Source of the DNA: Hydrolagus affinis
Lineage: Eukaryota
DNA length: 64,000 bases
Assembly (NCBI GenBank): GCA_012026655.1
Contig: JAAILG010000051.1
Span: 62,001 to 126,000, forward strand
Reading direction: 5' to 3'
Under the pieces are notes generated by a model that had not been told where the DNA came from, made no database searches, and saw only the letters and a list, made by a program, of their open reading frames with translations. The translations under genes were made by a program, and so were the position numbers. This document shows, piece by piece, positions 1 through 13,814 of the stretch (positions within the stretch are counted from its first letter, which is position 1; each line of letters opens with the position of its first letter).

Positions 1-604
1 ATTGAAAATGAATTTCCAAATGGGATATGCAGCCAAAGTTGGTGGTGTGCATCTGTAGATAAATTGCCTTTGGTCTTGTTCTTCGTGTTCCACACATGTG
101 AAAAAGAAGAGATCAAAGTTGGTGTGTAGGTCACAGCACGGTTGATAACACTGGTACTTAAAACATTCCAGAGCATTTCCCTAACTGTGCAAGTGAGTGG
201 TGGGAAAGCTGCATATTTAAATATTCTTGCACACAATTTGACCCATTCCTTCATATTTAATTGGAAGTGTAATCACAGAGGTTTTACCATGAGTCCTTGA
301 TTGATAATAACATGTAGATCAAGATTCCTAATGTAGAGCATATTTATTGAACTGGAAGCCAGTTATAGAATATTTTGCAGATTTCTTTATCTGTTCTTTA
401 TTTCTAGCCATTGGAAACTAAATACTGTAGTTGTATTTTAGAATCTTTGGGTCATATAAGTCATACAATATAGCTAGCCCATATGACTCACCAGGTATAT
501 CGAATGCACGAGATATTAACAACTGAATGAAAATCTACATATTAAATACCTTGGACATAACCTGGAAGAGCCTATTTTTAAACTGTGTCCAACAATAATA
601 GTGG

Positions 605-722
605 GTGTGTTTTGCCTACAAGACATACAGTGATTACACTTTATAGTATATTCTGTGAGATGCTTTGCAATGTCTCGAAGACCTGATAAGGCACCATATC
701 AAATGCAAGGATTATTATTATA
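605..722 (+). mobile_element. tRNA-SINE 3' fragment (family A)
   Basis: Ends ...tattctgtgagatgctttg...atcaaatgcaaggattattattat; matches the 3' end of the fuller copies at 17033-17350 and 20428-20702. Confidence 0.7.
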
Positions 723-1273
723 GATTTATAATTGTTGAGTAAAGACAGGTCACATTTGCTGCTTGGTCTCACACCTTAATCCTCTGCACAGCATTTTTGC
801 AAATGCTGTGTAAGGCATTGTTTGCTAAAAACTGACGTAATGCATTGAATGAATCCACATCGCCCAATGGGCTAAACTAACCACACCAAGGTCTCTTTCA
901 GCCTCTTCCTTGGTGAGTTCTATCCCATCCATGGAGTGTGTGTATCTCTGTTTATATTTTCTACATGCAGAGCTTTAATGAATTTTTGTTTCTCCCCAGC
1001 GATCAGCCATGATCCATATCCTGTTGAGCTTTCATGTTGAGATTTTGGCTGTCTCCCCGAGGCCTGAAATTCCTCATGGGTTTAAAGTACAAGATCCTGC
1101 GAATTTTCAACAAAATTTAAATTCCATATTCATTTGGAAAGTACTTACTTGCACTTTTACAAAGTATGGAAAGTTGTCTTCCAAATTGAAACTAGATTTT
1201 AAAATTTAGCAAAAATCTGCATTTTATACTGTCTTAAAATGTAAAACTAAAACTATGAGAGATTATTATACTA

Positions 1274-1383
1274 CTAATAATAATCCCTGCATTTGATTTA
1301 TCTTATCACATCTTTGAAACATTTCAAAACGCTTTGCAGAATACACTATAAAGTGAATTGACTGTATATTTTTGTGGGCGAAA
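1274..1383 (-). mobile_element. tRNA-SINE 3' fragment (family A)
   Basis: aataataatccctgcatttgat...aaagtgaattgactgtatatttttgtgggcgaaa is the reverse complement of the family A 3' end. Confidence 0.75.
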
Positions 1384-1456
1384 TGTGATAATAGCATGCT
1401 GTCCTCTACAAACTGAACAACCTTGCACTGGTTCTGTTAATATGATATCCTGAACA

Positions 1457-2706
1457 TTTGTGACCAGAGCTCCCTCTGCCTCCTTGTCCTCCTCGACCTA
1501 TCCGCCGTCTTCGATACTGTGGACCATTTGGTCTTCTTCCACAGCCTCTCCTCCCACCTCAACCTTCAAGGTACTGTCCTTGACTGGCTCAGGTCTTATC
1601 TTTCACACCGTCTCCACTTTGTGTCTGCTAACGGCTTTTCCTCCAGCCCTTGCTCCGTCTCGTGCGGCATTCCTCAAGGCTCTGTCCTTGGTCCCCTACT
1701 CTTTACCCTCTCTATGCTCCCCCTCGGTGACATCATCCACAGACATGGGTAAATTTCCACATGTACACGGATGACACACAATGCTATCACTCCGCTTCCA
1801 CCCTCAACTCCAGGACTACTGGCTTCCTGACAGCCTGCCTGCCAGACATTGTGTCCTGGACGAGGGACAACTTTCTTCAGCTCAACATCAGCAAGACCGA
1901 GGACGTCCTGATTAGCTCACGTCAGTACCTCCGCACCTTAGGCACTGGCTGCCTCAGCATCCAAGGCTGCACTCTCCATCTCTCAGTCAGTCAGGAACCT
2001 GGGTGTCTTGTTTGACAGTGAACTGTCCTTCCTCCCCCACATCCACGCCATGATTAGCACTGCCTTCCACCACCTCCGTAACATTACCAATCTCCAATAC
2101 TGCCTCACCCCTCAGGTTGCCAAAACCCTTGTCCATGCCTTCATCACATCAAGACTCGACTATGGAAACTCCCTCCTCCGGTCTTCCCTTCATAAACTGC
2201 AGATCATCCAGAACTCATCCAGCAGCTTGTGTCCTCTCCCATACCAAGCTCCACTCCCACCCTCGCCCGGCTCCATTGGCTCCCCATCCCCCATCAAATT
2301 CAAGATACTCGTCCTCACTTTCAAGGCCATTCATGGCCTTGCCCCTCTTATCTCTCCAATCTGCTGACTCCCTAACCTGCCCGCCCCCTCCGTTCAGTGG
2401 GCTCCAGTCTGCTCCATGTCCTCCACCTGACCCACCCTACCATCAGTTGCTGGGCTTTCAGCTGCTCTGCCCCCACACTCTGGAACTCCATCCCACAGTC
2501 CCTTCGCCTCGCTTCCTCCCTTGCCTCCTTCAAGGCCTGCCTCAAAACCCTACTCTTCGATCGTGCCTTCTGCCACCCTCCCAGCTCTCTGCCCCACCCT
2601 GCCCTCACCCTTGCTCGGGTCCTGATCCATGAATGTTCAGTGCCCTGGGACGTCCTCCTAACATGAAAGGTGCTCTATAAATGTAATTTTGTTGTTGCTG
2701 TTATTG
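1457..2706 (+). mobile_element. L2-clade LINE, 5'-truncated, frameshifted RT and 3' UTR
   Basis: ORF fragments GIPQGSVLGPLLF, YTDDTQ, LQLNISKTE, LVHAFITSRLDYGNSLL, FKACLKTLLF; tail ataaatgtaattttgttgttg. Confidence 0.92.
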
Positions 2707-3126
2707 TGATCAAGATCATTTAATATATACTGTACTAGGACAGGAGGGATCCAAGATCTAGCTCCCATTCTGCTTATGCTTACTTGCCTTTATCCAATTA
2801 TGAATCTACATCTATGGCTTATTCCTGATACCCAGTGGTATATAATATCAGTTTGGAAACATTCTTCTCAAATGCAGCTTTGTTAAATTTCCTTAGTAAT
2901 TTAATTGAATTGAAAAATTACTAGTTTATAGATGAACAATCAGTACTTGTGTATCAGAATTAAGAGAGAAGCAAACTGAAAGAAAGGGCTTACCAATTCC
3001 TGAACATTTACAACAGTTCCAAACAAAAGTTACAGGCTTCAGGTGAAAATTAATGTTTTGTTTGACTTGTTTTGAAAATGATTAGTTTTGGTTACAGTAT
3101 TTGAATTAGATTTTTTTGTCTTTCAG

Positions 3127-3236
3127 ACCTCCACCTGTAAGTGAAGGTGCACGAATAGGAACCACAGTTGTCACTGTAACTGCAGCTGCTATCAATCAAA
3201 CCATAGTGTATTCAATTATAGTCGGCAATGAAGGCG
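3127..3236 (+). CDS. PCDH15: PCDH15 exon, EC10 first half (110 nt; [37 protein letters not shown])
   Basis: tttcag|ACCT...GGCG|gtaagg. Peptide resembles recalled PCDH15 RPPPVSELA...AAAINQSIVYSIVSGNE. Phase 2 in, phase 1 out, compatible with the next exon. Confidence 0.93.
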
Positions 3237-3587
3237 GTAAGGACATTTTTCAGATGAATAATTTGGTAGGGCACATTGATTATGCAATCTCAAATTTTTC
3301 AATCTTGCCTAGTAATGATATGATTCAACCTTATGCAAAAGTTTACAAACCACAAATTGAACAACATGGCTAGAAACAATCATCTCTTGCGACTTAGCAA
3401 AGCAAATTTTAAAAATATTTCATTTCTTGTTTTCAACATATTTATATTTTTGTACATTTGTATTGTGCTGTACAATGTATGTGGCCAGATTTGTGTTGAT
3501 TCCCTGTGGTCAGAGTTTCATCCTCACTACTTTTATCAGCACAATTGCATCCTGCTATTATTGTGCCTCTTCCAAATGCTTCACCAT

Positions 3588-5625
3588 CATGGCTGATCTT
3601 CTCACCTAATTCCATTTACTCGCTCTATCCCCATATCCTTTAATCCCTCTATCCATTAGAAATCTATTAATCTCAGTCTTGAAAACGTTCAAGGATTGAG
3701 CATCCACAACCTTCTGGGGTAGAGAATTCCATAAATTCACTACCCTCTGAGCAAAGAAATGTTTCCTCAACTCTGTTCGAAAAGGCTGACCCTTAATCTT
3801 GAGACTATGACCCCTAGGTTTAGATTCTCCAATTAGGGGAAACAGTCTCACACTGTCTGCTCTGTCAATCCCCGTAAGAATCTTAAAAATTTCTATGAGA
3901 TCACCTCTAATTCTTCTATATTCTAGAGAATTTAGGCCCAGTTTGCTCAACCTCATAGGTCAACCCCCTCATCTCAGGAACTAATCTCGTGAATTTACGC
4001 TGTACCCCTTCTAAGGCGAGTATCTCTTTTCTTAAATAAGGAGACCAAAACTACACACTATATTCTAGGTGCGGTCTTTGCAAGCCCTATACAATTGCAG
4101 TAAGATTTCACTACTCTTGTGCTCGAACCCTTTTGCAATGAATGCCAATATGCCATTAGCCTTCCTAATTGCTTGCTGTACCTGCAAACTAACCTTTTTT
4201 GACTGGTGTACAAGGACACCCAAATCCCTCTGAACACTAACACTAACGAGTCTCTCCCTCTTTAGAAAATAATCTGCTTTTCTATTTTGTACTGTAGTAA
4301 AAGCCCATTTATCCGTGACCCGATCAACCATAACTTCCGTATAACTGGCACCTAAAAAAAAAGGTCCACATTCAACTAACCGGAATTTATCCGGCACAAT
4401 GTTTTTTTTTAATTAATTTTTTCTTTGTGTGTGTTTTTGGCCGAATATCCAGCACGCGCTTTAACCAGCATTGGCCAGGTCCCGAGGGTGCCAGATAAAC
4501 GGGCTTTTACTGTACCTAGGTGAATAATTCCACACTTCCCCACATTATATTCCATTTGCCATCTTCTTGCCCATTCACCTAGCCTAACTATGTGCCTTTA
4601 AATTCTTCTTGTGTCATACTCACAGCTTACTCTCCCACCTAGCTTTGTAGCATCTGCAAATTTAGCTATGTTAAGCTCTATTTCCTCATCTAAATCATTG
4701 ATATAAACTGTAAATAGTTGAGGCTCAAGCACTGATCCTTTTGGCACTCCACTCATCACATCCTGCCAATCTGAGAAGGACCCATTTATCCTTGCTCTCT
4801 GTTTTCTTCCTGATAGCCACTCTCCAATCCATGCTAATATATTACCTTTATTTCCATAGGCCCTAATATTATGTAATAGCCTTTTATGTGGCACCATATC
4901 GAATGCCTTCTGAAAGTCCATATACACTACATCTACTGGTTCCCCCTATCTAGCCTGCGAGTCACATCCTCAAAAACGCTAAAAGATTTGTTAAACATGA
5001 TTTCCCTTTTGTGAAGCCATGTTGACTCTGAAAATTGCATGATTTTCTAAGTATCCTACGACGACGTCCTTGATTATAGATTATAGAAGTTACCCCACCA
5101 CCGATGTCTGACTAACTGGCCTATAATTCCCCATTTTTTCTCTCCCATCCTTCTTAAATAGTGGTGTTACATTTGCGACCTTCCAATCGATGGGGACCAT
5201 TCCAGAATCTAAGGAATTTTGGAAGATCAAAAACCAAGCACCCACTAACTCTGCAGCCGCCTCCTCTTTTAAAACCCTAGGATCCAGGCCATCAGTCCAG
5301 GAGATTTATCAGCTTTTAAACCCATCAATTTCCCTTGAACTATTTCTTTACTGATTTCTTTAAGTTCCTCACTATCATTAGCCTTTTTGTTCCCCTCGAT
5401 TTTCAGTAAGTTTTCAGTGTCTTCTAACGTGAAGATAGAAATAAATTATTTAATGACTCCGCCATTTCTTTATTTCCCATTATAATTTCTCCTGACTCTG
5501 TCTGCAATGGACCTACATTCACTTCAGATAGTCTCTTTTTATGTATTTGTAGAAACTCTTACAATCTGTCTTTATGTTCCTAGTAGCTAGTTTCTGCAAT
5601 CTGTCTTTATGTTCCTAGCTAGTTT
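3588..5625 (-). mobile_element. CR1 LINE, 5'-truncated (RT to 3' end), interrupted by a MITE
   Basis: Minus-strand ORFs YMDFQKAFDMVPH...SGVPKGSVLEPQLF...KFADATKLGG, QRDLGVLV and LEYRRIRGDLIEIFKIL...FFAQRVVNLWNSLP are typical of the CR1 ORF2 C-terminus. Confidence 0.93.
4292..4512. mobile_element. pogo/Tigger-like MITE inserted in CR1
   Basis: Inverted termini tagtaaaagcccatttatccg and cagataaacgggcttttactg, flanked by TA; CR1 sequence resumes on both sides. Confidence 0.75.
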
Positions 5626-7439
5626 AACATAAAAATGTTTTTCTTTAATCCCACATCTGTCTGAACGTATGTACTTGGAGATGCTTTATAATTGGTATTC
5701 AGAAAGTATCATTTAAAGAATAAACTTAATTTCCATTAAATTGAAAGGGGCTAGTGCAACGTCACCAATGTGACTTCTCATTTCATGACACTTTTCTAAA
5801 GAAAATTGAGTTTCAATTTATATAATAATGTTTAATCCATTGTTGTGTCATGGTATAGAAACAATAAGAGACTTTATAAAAATGAAATGAAACAACTTCA
5901 AGAATACATGTGGAGGAAGTAGCACACAAGACTCAGGAACAGTGTTTTGGAGACTAAATCACCATGTCTGCCAGGCCCATAACTCACTTGGTCTTTAGGT
6001 GACCAAATTATGCTTGATTTTTTCCGGTATCAGACCTGTTTCATATCATATATTCTACACTTTAATGCTCTTGTGGCTGTGGATAAAATATATATCTGGG
6101 GTTAAATAACGTATATAAATTGCTGTGATGGTTTTATTTCAAGGCAGAACGTGGCAATTTTCAGCCCAGATCTTCATAATTCTATGAAATTTGGCTCAAC
6201 ACTTTTCCATGTTCTTTTCCACCAAAGCAATAATATATCTGTCAGTGCTGATAAAGTACCCAATGCACTTTCAGTATCTTTGCTGCCACTTGATGATGTA
6301 TGTTTCTGCCAGATATCAATACCAGCCATAAAATAAATTGGATGTTTGCACATAGTAAAATAAAATAATTTATTTTGCTAATGTTGAATTCAGTAAGTAA
6401 TTTCCCCCAAAATCTTCCATTTATTAGGGGAGGAAAGTGATTTTGAGGGTCAAGTTATAAAATCATCTTATGGAAATCTTTTAATTGATATTAACATGTA
6501 CATCATTCTGACTGCAATACAGAATTGTTTTCAAGAGAATGTCTGGAAAGGAAAGGTCATATTTTTGAATAAATAATCATCTTAAGTTTAAAAGAGTTCT
6601 GGTGCAAAATTATTTGAATTTATATTTTCTGAAATTATTTTCATGCATTGAATTCTTTTACATGCATTCAGCCACACATTAGTAGAAAATTAGCCATTAT
6701 TCACTGAGGGGATTAATTTTCTTTAAGATGTTTCCCCTTTTAGATGTTAGGTGGCTTTGACTACTTTATTGCATAAAGTCACAATCTAAGAATTGCCTTA
6801 AAAACATTTTCTTCTGATAGTTTCCATGTGCCCTGTGCTCTTCGTGGTAACAATGCATTTGGTTTTGAATATTTTATCCCGTTTTTCATTCCTTGAATTG
6901 ATGTTTACTGATTTTAAAATGCTTTAGGTAGTTTCTGCTGTCTTTTTATCTATTGTGGCAAAAATTGAACCAGACTTCTTTTCCTACTTGGGATGTTGGA
7001 ATTATCTTCCTGCACCAGCACAAGATGGAATCATTTTCTCACTGTTTCTATCACTTTCTGTTAAAAAAAACTAAAAAATCTTTCCATTGTCAATCATGTT
7101 CTCCTGTTGCTGTCTATGAGGTGCCACCTAAGAAAAAAATACCTTAAAGAGCATAATTCAGTTGACCAGTGGTCCTAGCCTCAAGGTTGCACGAGCTCCA
7201 ATATTTTTCACCTTCTAGCAATTGGTTTTAAACTGAAGCATTTTCGAGAACCAGTTGGACATGGCATGTCAGCATATTCCTGAAAGGTCATTCTGGGTAC
7301 ATGAACATACAATCATTTCAATCACTTTTTAAAAAAAAAGAAAATTGGATAGAGGAGAATGGCTTCCTGTGTTGTACCATTTTTGATTGACAGGAGTAAG
7401 CTATTATTCTATTTCTGCTTTGCGCAATGTCATTTTGGT

Positions 7440-7660
7440 TCACTTTATACTACTCTGAGTCAGAGCATGTAGGACTTGAGCTCAAAATGTGACTTTGTTG
7501 ACACTCCAGTTGCAGTACTAAGAGGGTTTGACCTTATTAGCATTGTTGATAAATACAGGTCCCATCATTTTGCTGTTCAAGTGGACATTAAGGATCCCGT
7601 GGGACCATTTAAAAAAATAGCATGAGCTTTTAATGGTATTTGGCCAATATTCCCACCTGC
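7440..7660 (+). mobile_element. Old DeuSINE-like SINE remnant
   Basis: caagtggacattaaggatcccgtgggaccattt...tggccaatattccc resembles the recalled Deu core (GGTGGACGTAAAAGATCCCATGGCACTATT...GGCCAATATTTATCCC). Confidence 0.55.
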
Positions 7661-8380
7661 TCAAATTTGACCAAAAATATTTAATTGTTGTTTGAGAATT
7701 TACATAGTTCAAGAATTAACCCGAACAAGCTAATGAACATGTTTTCACCTCAATTCACAAACATAAGGCAATTGTGATGCACCGACTCTCTTGGAGTAAA
7801 ATGTATTTTTATGAAGTGATCGAAGGCTGCAACTTCTTGGAGACAAGTTCTGCTTAAATTGGTTCTGGTATTTTTATCTATAATATTTCAAAAGATTTCA
7901 ACAACAAGGAGGTTTTAGCTTAAAAATAAGTTGTATAATTCAGGACCATATCATTTAGAATGACTTAAGCAAAATCCAAGTTGCAGACAAACTATACAAG
8001 TCGTAGAGAATCTGGTTTAATCAATAATCTACACTTTGCAATGCAGTCAGTCAGTAAGTGCAAGTGTGGTAGAGCATGTGTTGACGGGTTAAAAACACAA
8101 CTAAAAAGTGAGGGTTCAGAAAATGAAAAGGTATATGGAACAGATTATAAGCACAGTTGGCAGAATTCAAATGGGAATCTAAAAGGAAGCAGGTAAATTC
8201 ATGGAAATTAAAAAAGCTTGAGATTATTAGGTGATGAGATAGGTATGTGGAAATAATCTTTGGGTTTTGGGGAAGGTAGATGTAATGGACAATGGTCTGC
8301 TCCTGCCTGATGTTATTACTTTGTGACTATCAATATCCATTTGTGTGATCTTTTAATGTGGTCTTTGTGTGAATAATCAG

Positions 8381-8521
8381 GAAAGTTTAAGATCGACGAG
8401 CGCACAGGAGTCATCACTACAAATAACACGTTGGATTATGAAACAACAAAAAGCTTTGAACTTAGAATCCAGGCGGATCCATTGCAACTGGTGCGATCAA
8501 ATTTCAGAGTTCCTTCAAGAA
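8381..8521 (+). CDS. PCDH15: PCDH15 exon, EC10 second half (141 nt; GKFKIDERTGVITTNNTLDYETTKSFELRIQADPLQLVRSNFRVPSR)
   Basis: aatcag|GAAAG...AGAA|gtaagt. Contains the cadherin LDYE motif; phase 1-1. Not in the ORF track in this frame. Confidence 0.93.
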
Positions 8522-11495
8522 GTAAGTCTACAAGTTTTTGCATCACATCATATGCCTATAGATACTAACGTAATTTTTTTTTAGCAAAAACAGTTAACAC
8601 TCATTAATCTGTTAAACACTCTGAGATGCCACCCTGTGTGCAAGTTGTTGTTGTTGTTCAAGTTTTCTATTTCTTAATCCAATATATAAAACAGATCTAC
8701 GTATAATATTTTAGTATATTCCTGTAAATCCCTGTCTTAATATAATGTTTGGTCCCCAAATCCCCTGCTTACTGCTCTAGTTTTGGGGGCAGTCTTGCAT
8801 AAATCTTTAATTTATTCTGCACGTGATATCCCAAAAGTGCTTGTGTTAAGGTTGTGGAGAGATATGTGAGAGTGTGTATGCAGACATTTGAAACTGCTAA
8901 CATGAAATAGATATCAACAGATCACATCAGAATTGTTCTGTGGTCCAACATGTATTCAGTTGTGTATTTGCATATGAGAAGTTAAAGCCATTTGGGCAGC
9001 AAAACTCCCAAAGCTTCTCTTCAAGAGTCACTGTGAAATGTTATATATTTGAATTTGGATGTTGCTGAGGGCTAAATACTGTCATCGAAGTCATTTCATC
9101 TTAACAAGTAGTTAAATATTAACCTCCAGCTCTCTAGTGTTGGTAAAATCTTGCACCTCTGATTGAATGGGATTAAAAGTTTTCTACATCAAAAACAACT
9201 CAGAATCTCAAATATCAAAATGATAAACGGTCAGATTTAGAGATTATTAAAAATAAAAATTCAAAACAGCTAAAACTAAAATTTCACAAAAGATTGAATT
9301 GGTCATTCCAATCCTTTGCAGAATTGATCCATCAAACAATGTAGCACATATTGTTTTTACTTTTGAGAAGACTGATAGACAATCTGCCTGAGGCAATTAT
9401 CTGTGCTGGGAGATGTAATGGTCAAGTAATCTGGTGCTGCATGTATATTCTCTTTAATGAATTCAATGCCAAATCTACAAAGTAAATCAAATAAAGCCAA
9501 TGCAAATTGCATTGAAGGCTTGAACCTGATGCCACTTGGAGATGGTGAGTCCACAAGCAGTTTGATTCATCCCACTGTAATTTAAAAGATGTGGGTATGA
9601 ATCAATTTAGGATTTGGTGCTGAAAACTCTCAGACAGGCCATTAAACTACCAGAAAAACATTCAATAACTACATTTTGTATAATAATAATAATAACCCTT
9701 TCGTGTTTAATGTTATTAAACAATAGACCTTTTAATAGCAATACACAAAGCTATCTTCTGATTTCAGTTGCTGGAAACTTACAAAATAAAATGTTGGGAT
9801 TTGATTGCTACTTGAAATGTTATAGGAATCAGAAATTAGACTGAACATGAGTGTTAAAGAGAATTAATAAATACGAGTGGAGATACTGTAAAGGTGATGT
9901 GGGTGACTGGTTGGTGATTCCTGGGAGGTTACTGGAGTTAAGCCAGTGTTGGATGAAAAGCCATGGCATATATTGACACATTTGTAGTTTGCTATTGACG
10001 AGGAAGCCATAGGAAACGGGATATTTTTCCACTACAGGATTTTCAGATTGATCTCATACTTCACTCTTTTCAGTGTGATGTTCTGCAGTTGAAACCTGAT
10101 TTAAAATGCAATTTTTTTTTAACATTCGTTAAGAAATTTATATGAGATATACATTTTCTATTTTAGTCATTTTTATCACTGTACAACTTGAAATTCTCTT
10201 TCATTCATGAATGTGTACATAACATTATTAGATTGAAAAATCTTTAGTCTTTTATATGCAGTAATATTTGCAGAATTTGCAGACTGGTGAATGAAAGTAG
10301 GATTGTTGAACTTGTAAATCGAAACCCAAATGGGTAGAGTGGTCCGAGCTGGACACACAGGGGGAAGCTAGCCAGATTGTGCTCTTAATAGCATGTTGTG
10401 CGGTTTTAGCTGGTTAAACTCTAGCAGTACCCCTAATGCACAATCTGGGATCCTCACACTTTGGTCTCTGCCAACCAGCACTGAATGCTCGGTAATTAGG
10501 TAAGCAGCATGTGTTCCTCTGGGGAGAGAGAGTATACATTCCATTCTAGACCTGAACATTTTCATAAGTAGGTGGCGTACATATGTGGAACTCTGTCTGG
10601 TTTGGATAATCTTAAAGATGGCAATGGATTCCGCATGTGTCAGACATTTGTCTGACTGGGCACAAAATTTCTCAGGTTTAACATTTTTGCAGGAAGCAAA
10701 TGAACATGCTGCTTAAAATTATTGCGATTTAAGTTATTCAGAGAATAACAAAAATAACAATTTATCATCCAAGTGCAACTGGAAAGTATAGTATATACCA
10801 TAAGTGTAGATACTATAGTCTACTCAGCAGGATGACATAAATTGAGTTTGCATCTTTAGAGTTATTCACTTTCCAGAACTATTCTTATGTTATGGAGAAG
10901 CTCAGGGGATTGAGAGAATTCATACAACAACAACAACAACTTGGATTTATATAGCGCCCTCCAAGCCAGACAAAAAGAAGAAAGAAGTCCATACGGAGAA
11001 CTTATAGAAGTATTCAAGAACTCAAAGGGTAGAGATAGATTGAATTGAGGCCTAATTAATTTGCAGGATTTGCAAAATAGGTGGTTGGCTCATTTATTTT
11101 GGATGCTGACCTTTTTCTGGGCACTTTACTGTCTCTTGGAAATTGCAAATATCTATTTCAGCAATTAAATGGAAAATGCAATACTGTTTTCCACCCCTTT
11201 GACAAATCTTGTAAATTAGATCCCTTTATGTTCAACAATAGTCAAATAATCTGGAATAAGAGGATACAGATTCCAGCTCAGAATAAACAACTCAATTTAA
11301 AAGGAATTAGCTAACAATTTGGCTAATAAAACGATTGAGAGAGTATAGAGTTATTTGCTTTGGGATGGGCCAGATGGATAACAATAGTGCTGCGCTTTCC
11401 TCGGCTTCCATGTTAATTCAGTGAGGATAATATATCGAGGAGCTGCATGTGAAGTAGAATATTCAATTTTTTGTGTTACTGAAATCCATGTACAG

Positions 11496-11853
11496 TAATA
11501 ATAATCCTAATATTTGATATAGCACTTTTCACATTGTCTAGACGTTTCAAAGTGCTTCACAGAATATACTGTAAAATGAAATGACTATATATTGGTGGGT
11601 GAAACATGGTAGCCAATTGAGCAGAGCAAACAGTTGTAGATTGAGCAACCAGATTATTATTGGGGATTTTTTTTTAGGGTTTATTATCTCCGGAAAAGCG
11701 ATCTACCAATTGACTGACAACCAGATTCCTACTTACTGCTCAGTAAACAGAGTTGTGTGGAGTAAGCAAACTTGCCCAACATTTCGCCCTGCCAGGAATA
11801 GAACCCAGGTCCCTTGCTTGTGGGTGTGTGCTCTAAACACTGAGCTACAGGAC
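11496..11853 (-). mobile_element. tRNA-SINE family A, near full length
   Basis: (taa)n tail at the left end; tRNA-like head (rc of ...gaacccaggtcc...actgagctacagga) at the right end. Confidence 0.8.
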
Positions 11854-13814
11854 TTCACATGTTCAAAGTTGAGAACTATATGTCACCTAATTTGTATTTA
11901 CCTGCTTAGATCTGCTCCACATTGCCCTGCCTACATTTCTAGTCCTCTTATCACAAATGTGGTAACTTAGGCTGACATTCAATTCCATGTGTGGCAATGA
12001 CCTTTTGAGCCCTCATTCAAATACTGTTGCCATTTCTTCATCAGTCAGCTGGACACTGATTACTGTGAGTTATTCAACTGTGAAGGTCAGCACACCTGAG
12101 CCCATCCTTGTTATCACCTGTTGATCACGCATGCATTTCTAGCAGTGAACACAGGTTAATGGACAGGCACAGTACAGTACTATGGACAGTGTTTTCATGA
12201 TTTGACCAAGTGATACCAAAGCACCTCTACTGCCACCCTGTGATCACACAACTCAGTAATAGAGGGGAACTGGGATTCTTCCTCATCTGTATGCCTTGCA
12301 CATCCATATTACCATACATTTATCCACAAAATCATTGGGAGGGATACCTGACTTACCTTTAGTGGGAAGAGCTATTGAGAGAAGATTTATGTGATTGTAT
12401 ATTACCATTAATGTAAAAAATCCATGTTAAAGCTGCATTTTAAGTTTTCTCAACAGATACACCATTTGTCTTCACAATACAGATTGAGGTTATTCTTGCA
12501 GCAGGGAACTTCACTGATAAGATTAGTGTTTTAAGCAATAACAATTCATGTGTAAATAATTAATGTAAATCAAGAAATATTTTATTATAGATTCAGCTGA
12601 ACTCTTAAGGACATATTTAATTAAATCATGCATTGAAAATTAAATGTAATTTGATAATTTCAACATGTATAATATGACTTAATCCACAGACTAGAATTTC
12701 TCAATTTTATAAATCAATCCTGCCCTACGTTTGTTCATGCGCTTTTAAAGATATATTTGTAAAAGCAATGCTACATGCATCAATAAATATTATCTATCAA
12801 GAAACTCAGGCATTTAATTGAAATGTAACCGGGATCATAATTCTTTAACATTTGATCATGATGGGCCAAAAGAATGCTATCTGGATTTCAGCAGTTTCTA
12901 GTTGAATATAATTTATAGGTTCAGTCGACTGATTAGTCTTCCAGCCATCGGTCAGTTTTCATGGTTTTGTAAGGGAACTGAGAGAAATATAATTTAATAT
13001 ACAGCTTGCCAATGATGAGAGAAAAACAATTACACTGCAACCCATATTTGTGTACTGGTTTTTCTGTCACAGGTGAATCTATACTTTTGATTCTCCTTTT
13101 ATTTGTCTTTGCTGTTTAGGGATAACCCTTTGAGTTTCTGAAACTTCATAACAGTTCTCCCACACTTAAAAGGCCAAATTATTCTGAACTATGATCCTGT
13201 GGGAATGAAAAGAGCATAGTTAATACTGGAAAATGTTTTCTTACATTGTGCCGAATGTATCAATCAGGACTGTTTACTGGGCTACACTTGCAAGGTCTTA
13301 AAAGAAAGACAGGCATTGACTTTAAAAACAATTAATAATTCATGAATAATGAGATCAGATGTGCTGAAGGGACTTCTTCATCTGAACTAATCTTGTGTTC
13401 TTGTGATCTTGTGAATACCAAAAGTACAAAGCAAATCTCTAGGCACTTGGTGGGATGGGGCATGGGGTGGTTGGGGGGGAAACTTTTGTCTATAATATTG
13501 CCAATGTGAAAAATATCTGTAAAACTTGAGCTGGTCATTGGCCATTACTGAGTTGTAGAATTGAAAGTTAAGGCAGAAAACAATGCATTTGTAACATTGG
13601 AAATGTTAACCACAGACTTGGTGTCAAGTGCCAACAACCCGTGATATTAGTTTTAACACAATAGCAAATTGTTCATTTGTTAAACTTACATAACCTCAGT
13701 TGACTCCTCGTATAATGTATGCTTCCTTTGTAAACACTATTGCTACCACAGCAGTGTGCTTCTTTACAAGCAGTTTCACCTTTATGAGGTGAGTATGATT
13801 AACCTCTGAGATTA

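Noticed and set aside
1460-4927. Reverse-transcriptase ORFs as a functional gene
   Set aside because: They are fragmented, frameshifted, 5'-truncated L2/CR1 relics with degenerate catalytic motifs (e.g. FADATK).
5563-5625. Short direct duplication (aatctgtctttatgttcctag) at the CR1 5' end
   Set aside because: Ordinary slippage or insertion scar.
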